In this document: positions 58,163-64,000 of the stretch, piece by piece | Position numbering within the stretch: the stretch's first letter is position 1 | Layout of the letters: the number at the start of each line of letters is the position of its first letter | NCBI GenBank assembly: GCA_024637145.1 | Contig: JAGXFQ010000020.1 | Span: forward strand, 17,352 to 81,351 | Source: Desulfobulbaceae bacterium | GTDB taxonomy: Bacteria; Desulfobacterota; Desulfobulbia; Desulfobulbales; SURF-16 | Reading direction: 5' to 3' | Length of the DNA stretch: 64,000 bases | The notes under the pieces: generated by a model | What the model saw: only the letters and a program-made list of their open reading frames with translations | Told to the model about the DNA's origin: nothing | Database searches by the model: none | Translations under genes and position numbers: made by a program

Positions 58163-58512
58163 CAACCCCTCTGCCAGACAGCGGCCCGTGCGGAGCCGGC
58201 GGCAAAATCAGACCAGGAAAATGAGGCTGCCAGAGCTCGAAATGCCCCTGGGCATCCACCAGGGGAGATCACAAGGTGCTTCTTGGGCAGGGTGCGCTTT
58301 TTTTCACCTCCAGGGGAAATGACGCCTTGGCTCAATCTGGAGGCGCTCCCTTTGCACGCAGGCTGTTAAGCCCTAATAAACTCTTTTAGAGCCCAGGATG
58401 GGGAAAAAACCGCGGCCGCCCTGACGCGAATCTCCTTGTGGCGCGGTACCGCCTCTGTTAATAAGCCTCTTCTGGATCTTCCTTTCCATAACCTGCTCGG
58501 CCATGAGGATGT

Positions 58513-59154
58513 ATGAAGAAAATTGCCTGCAGACGGTGCGGAACATGCTGCCTCAAGGGCGGCCCTGTTCTGCATGGCCCTGATCTGACCCTGATCGGCC
58601 AAAAGATCATCCGGCCCGACCAACTGGTGGTGATCAGAGCAGGGGAACCGGCCTATAACCCTGGCCCGGATGCGGTGGAGCCCGCCGCCTGCGAGATGCT
58701 GAAGATCCAGGGAAAAGGGAGCAGCTGGGAATGTCTCTTTTACAACAGCGCCGCCAGGGGGTGCACCATCCATGACAATCGTCCCCTGGAATGCCGGCTC
58801 CTGCAATGCCGGGATACCACGGCCATCCTGGCCATCACCGGCCAAGACTGCCTGACCCGTCAGGACCTTATCAAGGCTGATGACCCTGTCATGGCCTATA
58901 TCCAGGCTTTTGAGCAATGCTCCTGGCCGAAAATCAACACCCTGCTGCTGCTGCTCAGTCCGGAATCCATCCAGGAGGCGGAACAGATGCTCGGCATTGA
59001 TCTGCGCCTGCGCCAAGAGGCGCTCAGCCGCCTGCACTTCAGCCTGGCCCAGGAATTCTTTTATTTCGGGAGGCCTTTGTTCCAGTCATGGAACCATGCC
59101 GCCGTCAAGCTTACCTGGGATGACAACAACATACCGCGGCTCAAGCGTTGCTGA
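58513..59154 (+). CDS. YkgJ-family (CxxCxxCC) zinc/iron-chelating cysteine-cluster protein
   Basis: CRRCGTCCLKGGP...CLFYN...GCTIHDNRPLECRLLQC matches the UPF0153/YkgJ Cys pattern. Confidence 0.75.
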   Translation: MKKIACRRCGTCCLKGGPVLHGPDLTLIGQKIIRPDQLVVIRAGEPAYNPGPDAVEPAACEMLKIQGKGSSWECLFYNSAARGCTIHDNRPLECRLLQCRDTTAILAITGQDCLTRQDLIKADDPVMAYIQAFEQCSWPKINTLLLLLSPESIQEAEQMLGIDLRLRQEALSRLHFSLAQEFFYFGRPLFQSWNHAAVKLTWDDNNIPRLKRC

Positions 59155-59237
59155 AGACCCAAAAAGCAGACCAGGCCGCGGATCTGGGGTAGCCGGAATA
59201 GCAACAGCATCCGCCGCAGTCCGGAAAGGCTGCTCAC

Positions 59238-59867
59238 CTAGCCGACAATCACCTTATTGCTCAACTCATTGGTGTTATCATCCTTAATGGGAAAATGAGC
59301 GGCCAGCACCTCACCCACCCGGCGAATCTCCTGGCAGAGGATGGGTGCCACCTTGCCCTCCTTGACGCCCTGGGCCACCAGTTTGGCAAAGTCCTGAAGC
59401 TCAGCCGGACTTATCTTGCCGTAGATGCCGGAATCAGCCAGCACCCAGACCCGATGCTCCAGAAGGGAGATAAAAAAGAGGACACCCGTATCGTCTCTGG
59501 TCTTATAGAGGCCTTTTTCATAAAAGGCCTGCAGGGCCTGTTCTTGAACCCTGCTCTCCAAGCGCTGCCCAGAGGCCAGCAAGCGGATGAGGAAGGGTAG
59601 AAAAGGGCTGAGCATCCCCACCCCTAGGGCCAGCAGAAGGGCTGTGGGCAGAAAGGCCCACAGGGATTCGTTGAAAAAGAGCTCTGTTATGACCAGGGCC
59701 AAGCCGCTGCCCAGGATGATGCCGGCCAGGATCTGGGCCTCAGGATAGCTGTCGCTCTGATCCACCACCATCACGGCCACCTCGCCAGCGGTCTTGGTTT
59801 CCACTTCACCGATGGCCGCCTCAATGGCGCCTTTATCCTGCTCAGAAAAAAAATCCTCGGCCTTCAT
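59238..59867 (-). CDS. TPM-domain membrane protein (third gene of the lemA-TPM-TPM unit)
   Basis: MKAEDFFSEQDKGAIEAAIGEVETKTAGEVAVMVV, then two TM helices and a C-terminal soluble part. ATG 59867 is 1 nt from the upstream stop. The long Pro/Ala/Trp-rich N-terminal extension in the ORF track is an out-of-frame overlap artefact. Confidence 0.75.
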   Translation of the reverse strand: MKAEDFFSEQDKGAIEAAIGEVETKTAGEVAVMVVDQSDSYPEAQILAGIILGSGLALVITELFFNESLWAFLPTALLLALGVGMLSPFLPFLIRLLASGQRLESRVQEQALQAFYEKGLYKTRDDTGVLFFISLLEHRVWVLADSGIYGKISPAELQDFAKLVAQGVKEGKVAPILCQEIRRVGEVLAAHFPIKDDNTNELSNKVIVG

Positions 59868-59868
59868 A

Positions 59869-60780
59869 TCACCATCCCCCTGAGGCGCCGCCGCCTCCGA
59901 AACCACCACCGCCAAAGCCGCCGAAACCGCTGCCGCCACTGAAACCACCGCCACGCCCCATGCCGCCGCCATAGCCGCCATAGCCGCCGTGCGAGGCACG
60001 GCCACTGCCCATGACCGCCAGGATAAAGGGCAGGAGCAGACCGGCCAGGGCGCCCAGAGGCAGGAAAAAAAGCAGCAGCACCAGGCCCACCGCGGGCAAA
60101 CCGGCCCACACCACAAAGGGGAAAAGCAGAGTGCCGGCAATGACCCCGGCCCGGCGCGAGGCCCCGCCCACAAAGGCGACAAAGATGGCGGCCAGGAAGA
60201 GATAGGTCGCCACCGGCGGCGGGCCTTCAGACCGGCCATCGCCCTGGCCGGAACCAGGAGCAACGGCAAATTCGCCCCGGACGGTCTGGACAATGGCCAC
60301 GATGCCGGCTTGAAACCCCTCATCAAAACGGGACTGCTTAAAGCGAGGGGTAATAATCTGGTCAATGATCCGCCCGGCCTGCAGGTCCGTCATCACCCCT
60401 TCCAGGCCACGGCCCACCTCAATGCGGACCTGGCGCTCCTCTTTGGCAACCAGGAGAAGCAGACCGTTATCCTGCCCCTTCTGCCCCACCTTCCAGCTCT
60501 CCACCGTCCGGATGCCAAAACCCTCGATATCCTCACCCTCCAGGGAAGGGATGGTCAAAATGGCGATCTGGGTGGAGTCGGACTGCTCAATGGCCTGCAG
60601 GACCTGGATGAGCTGCTGCTCGGTGGCCGGCGAGATCATATCGGCCAGGTCCGTGATGTAGCCGCTATGAGCCGGCACCTCCAGGGCCCTGGCCGGGCCA
60701 CCCATGCCGAACCAGAGCAGGCCGGTCAGCAGCAGAAATGCCAGCAGCTGTTTTTTCGAGAGGGCAAATTGCACGATCAT
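59869..60780 (-). CDS. TPM-domain (YgcG-like) protein with signal peptide, TM region and Gly-rich tail
   Basis: TPM fold pattern (GYITDLADMISPATEQQLIQVLQAIEQSDSTQIAILTIPSL...NGLLLLVAKEERQVRIEVGRGLEG). C-terminal GGYGGYGGGMGRGGGFSGGSGFGGFGGGGFGGGGASGGW. Confidence 0.85.
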   Translation of the reverse strand: MIVQFALSKKQLLAFLLLTGLLWFGMGGPARALEVPAHSGYITDLADMISPATEQQLIQVLQAIEQSDSTQIAILTIPSLEGEDIEGFGIRTVESWKVGQKGQDNGLLLLVAKEERQVRIEVGRGLEGVMTDLQAGRIIDQIITPRFKQSRFDEGFQAGIVAIVQTVRGEFAVAPGSGQGDGRSEGPPPVATYLFLAAIFVAFVGGASRRAGVIAGTLLFPFVVWAGLPAVGLVLLLFFLPLGALAGLLLPFILAVMGSGRASHGGYGGYGGGMGRGGGFSGGSGFGGFGGGGFGGGGASGGW

Positions 60781-60792
60781 TCTCCTTCCTGA

Positions 60793-61374
60793 TCAGAACT
60801 GGACAGCGGGCGCTGTTTCGGCCCCTGCTTCGGCCTTGAATGGTTCACGGCGCGGCAGGTTGAGCAGGAAATTATTGGTCAGATTATTGGGGAAAGTGCG
60901 GATGGAGCTATTAAAGATCCGCACCGCCTCATTATAGCGCACCCGCGCCACATTGATCCGGTTCTCCGTGCCCTCCAGCTGGTGCTGGAGATCCGCAAAA
61001 TTCTGATTGGCCTTTAAATCAGGATATTTCTCCACCACCACCATCAGGCGCGACAGGGCCGAGCTGAGGCCACCCTGGGCACTTTGGAACTGGGCCATGG
61101 CCTGGGGATCATTGATAACATCAGCCCCCAGTTTCACCTGGCTCACCTTGGAGCGGGCCTCCACCACAGCGGTGAGGGTTTCTTTTTCATGGCCGGCATA
61201 GGCCTTGACCGTTTCCACCAGATTAGGGATCAGATCAGCCCGCCGCTGGTAGGCGGCCTCCACATTACCCCAGGCGGCAATCACGGCCTCATCATTTTTC
61301 TGAATACTATTATAGCCGCAGCCGGAAAGACTCAACAACAAAACCAGCAACAACAACCCTATTTTCTGATGCAT
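60793..61374 (-). CDS. lemA: LemA-family lipoprotein
   Basis: Lipobox LSLSGC; LemA core ([37 protein letters not shown]...[19 protein letters not shown]). An SD AAGGAG lies upstream of ATG 61374. Confidence 0.9.
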   Translation of the reverse strand: MHQKIGLLLLVLLLSLSGCGYNSIQKNDEAVIAAWGNVEAAYQRRADLIPNLVETVKAYAGHEKETLTAVVEARSKVSQVKLGADVINDPQAMAQFQSAQGGLSSALSRLMVVVEKYPDLKANQNFADLQHQLEGTENRINVARVRYNEAVRIFNSSIRTFPNNLTNNFLLNLPRREPFKAEAGAETAPAVQF

Positions 61375-61927
61375 GAAAATGCTCCTTTGAACGTTTAAGT
61401 GACCAAAGCCAAATGCGTATCCCCTCTCCATCTCAAGGCGCTCTTCAGCAGCCGAAACCGAGATTAAGCGCTGCTCAGCAGGTGTCTTGACCTTAAAAAA
61501 GAAAGTCCAATCTATCAAGATCAGGGGCACATGACAATGGGATTTGCGCATCATCATCAACAAGAACTTCTTTATTCTAAAAATCATACCCTGCGGTTTC
61601 TCTCTAAACGCTCCCGGGACCATCAACTCCCCTTTTTTTTGTGCTTGGCGGCACGCCAGGAGGAATCACCCAAAAAAGGGGCCCCTGTTCTAAGGCAAGA
61701 GCAGCCTGTGAACGGCGATGCTTCTCCTTCTCTCTTTATATAATGAATAAAAAAATCTCCCCTGGTGGCCGGCAAGAAATGCTCCCCCTTGTACATCTCC
61801 ACAAAAGGCTGCTAAAATCTGGGAGTCCCTTGCGCTCTTGGCAGCCGCGTTTTTTGTAAGCAATCTCAGGGCGCCAGCAGCCTTTTTCAGCTCATGCACC
61901 TATCCAGAGAGAACCCCGGGAGCCGTC

Positions 61928-63358
61928 ATGCCGAAAATCTATCCCTATTACCTGGCCAATGAGGCCGTTTTTGCCAATGAGGATCTTGCTGTTGTTGATA
62001 AATTCAGCGGCCAGGTGGCATACAAGGTGGCCATGGCCGATGAGGCCGCCATTGATCAGGCCATTGGCCAGGCCGTGGCCGCGGAAAAAGCCATGGCTGC
62101 CATGCCCGCCTGGCAGCGCCAGGAGATCCTGGCCCATTGCGTGAGCCGCTTTCAAGAACGGGCCGAAGAACTGGCCCAGGCCCTCTGTGTGGAGGCGGGC
62201 AAGCCCATCAAGGACAGCCGCGGCGAGGTCGGCCGCCTCATTGAGACCTTTAAAATAGCCGCTGAAGAGGCGGTGCGTTTCGGCGGCGAGTACATGGCCC
62301 TGGACCGCTCTCCCCGCACCACGGGCTACACCGCCATGACTAAACGGGTGCCGGTGGGGGCCTGCTCCTTTATCTCCCCCTTCAATTTTCCCCTCAATCT
62401 GGCGGCCCACAAGGTGGCGCCGGCCATTGCCGCCGGCTGCCCCTTTGTCCTCAAACCAGCCAGCCTCACCCCCATCGGGGCGCTGATCATCGGCGAGACC
62501 CTGGCCGAGTGCGACCTGCCCAGGGGCGCCTTTTCCATCCTGCCGTGCCGGCGGGAAGGGGCCCGCCTCTTTACAGAAGATGCGCGCCTCAAGCTGCTCT
62601 CCTTCACCGGTTCACCCCAGGTGGGCTGGGCCTTAAAGGCCCGGGCCGGCAAGAAGAAGGTGGTGCTTGAGCTGGGCGGCAATGCCGCCTGTCTGGTGGA
62701 TGCGGACGCCGACCTGGATGATGCCGTGGAGCGCATCATCATCGGCGCCTTTTACCAGTCGGGCCAGAGCTGCATCGGGGTGCAGCGCATCCTGGTCCAT
62801 GAAAAAATCTATGCAGCCTTCCGCACCAAACTGGTGGCGGCCACCCAGGCGCTGATCATGGGCGACCCCGGCAAGGAGGAGACCTTTATCGGCCCCATGA
62901 TCTCGGCAAAGGAGGCCGGCCGCCTGGAGGGGTGGATCAATGCTGCCCTGGCCCATGGCGCCACCCTCCTCTGCGGCGGCAAGCGCGAAGGGGCACTGCT
63001 GGAGGCGACCCTCCTGGAAAAGGTGGCCAGGGAAGAAGATATCTGCCGCCTGGAGGCCTTCGGGCCGGTGGCTGTGCTGTCGAAATTCAGCGATTTCAAG
63101 CAGGCTTTGGCCGAGATCAACGACAGCCTCTTTGGTCTGCAGGCCGGCATCTTCACCCGCGATATCCACAAGGCCCAGCTGGCCTGGGACACCCTGGAGG
63201 TGGGCGGCGTCATCATCGGCGACATCCCCTCCTGGCGGGCCGACCAGATGCCCTACGGCGGCGTCAAGGATTCGGGCCTGGGCCGCGAGGGCATCCGCTA
63301 CGCCATGGAGGACATGAGTGAGATCAGGCTGCTGGTGGTGCGCCGGCTGCCGGTATGA
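61928..63358 (+). CDS. NAD(P)-dependent aldehyde dehydrogenase family protein (GapN/lactaldehyde-DH-like)
   Basis: ALDH motifs: FPLNLAAHKVAPAIAAGC, catalytic Glu in VVLELGGNA, catalytic Cys in FYQSGQSCIGVQR, and EAFGPV. Confidence 0.92.
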   Translation: MPKIYPYYLANEAVFANEDLAVVDKFSGQVAYKVAMADEAAIDQAIGQAVAAEKAMAAMPAWQRQEILAHCVSRFQERAEELAQALCVEAGKPIKDSRGEVGRLIETFKIAAEEAVRFGGEYMALDRSPRTTGYTAMTKRVPVGACSFISPFNFPLNLAAHKVAPAIAAGCPFVLKPASLTPIGALIIGETLAECDLPRGAFSILPCRREGARLFTEDARLKLLSFTGSPQVGWALKARAGKKKVVLELGGNAACLVDADADLDDAVERIIIGAFYQSGQSCIGVQRILVHEKIYAAFRTKLVAATQALIMGDPGKEETFIGPMISAKEAGRLEGWINAALAHGATLLCGGKREGALLEATLLEKVAREEDICRLEAFGPVAVLSKFSDFKQALAEINDSLFGLQAGIFTRDIHKAQLAWDTLEVGGVIIGDIPSWRADQMPYGGVKDSGLGREGIRYAMEDMSEIRLLVVRRLPV

Positions 63359-63633
63359 TTGTATCCTCTTTTTGGTGCCGCCTCGTTAACGTGGCTCACC
63401 CATGTCCAGCTCAGACAAGCCCTGCAGGAGCGGCCATAGACCTTTTGGGCCAAAACAGCAGCATTGGGGGCAGACCATCTCCCGGCCGGGCTCCCCCGAG
63501 CCAGGGGGGAGCTCCCACTCATGTTGCCAATCATGACCTCGGAATTTCCGCTGCCTGGGTCAGAAGATATCTTTTTTTTCCAAGGCGGGCCGGGGTGGCC
63601 TGGCAAAATTCAACCTCAGGGCTTAAGCTCCTG

Positions 63634-63879
63634 TTATCTGGTTTTTTCTGCCGCGGTATTTATGCTTACATAGCCGCTGCCATGACAGAGGGGGCATTCT
63701 ATTTCGGGCGTACATTGACAATCCTCAAAGCCGTCCATAACCTTGGTGCCGCGCCACTCACTGTCGCAGACACAGGTACCAGGGATAACTTTCTTGCCGG
63801 CACATTCCGGGCATATCTTTTTCTTGTCGCTCAAGGCTGCATCCTCCCTTTCGTAAAATGAGTTTTCGTCTTCCGCCAA
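63634..63879 (-). CDS. Small Cys-rich protein with DnaJ-type CxxCxGxG-like zinc-knuckle motifs
   Basis: 81 aa with CPECAGKK...CVCD...CQC...CPLCHGSG. No family recognised beyond the zinc-ribbon pattern. Confidence 0.5.
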   Translation of the reverse strand: MAEDENSFYEREDAALSDKKKICPECAGKKVIPGTCVCDSEWRGTKVMDGFEDCQCTPEIECPLCHGSGYVSINTAAEKTR

Positions 63880-64000
63880 ACCGGGTCGCCTAATCCGCTA
63901 TCCCCTTTCTGCAGAAAAAAAATCAGCCCACCTCTCCCTCTTTAAGTCTTTGGGCAAGTTTTTTGGCCTGCAATCCCGCCTGCTTAACAACCTCCTCTGA

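Noticed and set aside
59868-60365. The 375-aa ORF 59238-60365 suggests a long Pro/Ala/Trp-rich N-terminal extension of the second TPM protein.
   Set aside because: That portion overlaps the upstream TPM gene (59869-60780) in another frame and has nonsense-like composition. A start at ATG 59867, 1 nt after the upstream stop, gives a sensible protein.

Overview
64 kb of mostly core chromosome, about 57% GC by eye and densely coded, with roughly 60 supportable CDS. The gene content fits an anaerobic, hydrogen-oxidising, selenocysteine-using deltaproteobacterium of the Desulfobulbales type. That taxonomic call is inference only. I saw no rRNA, no intact tRNA, no CRISPR array, and no integrase or transposase.

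Main blocks, in order:
- corC-lnt, prfB with its programmed +1 frameshift, and a GlcF/HdrD-like Fe-S protein
- a DsbA-like selenoprotein (in-frame TGA), then phoH and a fused ybeY-pdxJ ORF
- FapA/DUF342, a K+ channel, adk, and small redox and protease genes
- a NIT-domain chemoreceptor
- a tightly packed minus-strand string: 121-aa unknown, EI-like PEP phosphotransferase, thiL, Zn-ribbon/TOPRIM/DnaB-like ATPase, uvrB, DUF374
- ECF sigma, anti-sigma and degP
- trpEGDCF, rpsT, cdaA-cdaR-glmM, tlyA, folA
- a Hyb-type [NiFe] hydrogenase operon (hybOABCD-hypCDE), preceded by a diverged hypC copy and a chimeric hypD-5'/folA-3' relic
- an Hpt protein coupled to a MrfA-like helicase with a fused exonuclease
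- alsS-like, ykgJ-like, lemA-TPM-TPM, and an aldehyde dehydrogenase

I found no clear-cut novel multi-gene system. The best candidates for follow-up are:
1. the helicase-DUF1998-exonuclease fusion translationally coupled to an orphan Hpt protein
2. an Enzyme-I homologue that lacks the HPr-binding helical subdomain and has no PTS partners in the window
3. a stand-alone primase/helicase-like protein embedded among housekeeping genes
4. the duplication-junction relic in front of the hydrogenase operon

All calls rest on reading the ORF translations and the DNA by eye. No database searches or computations were run.
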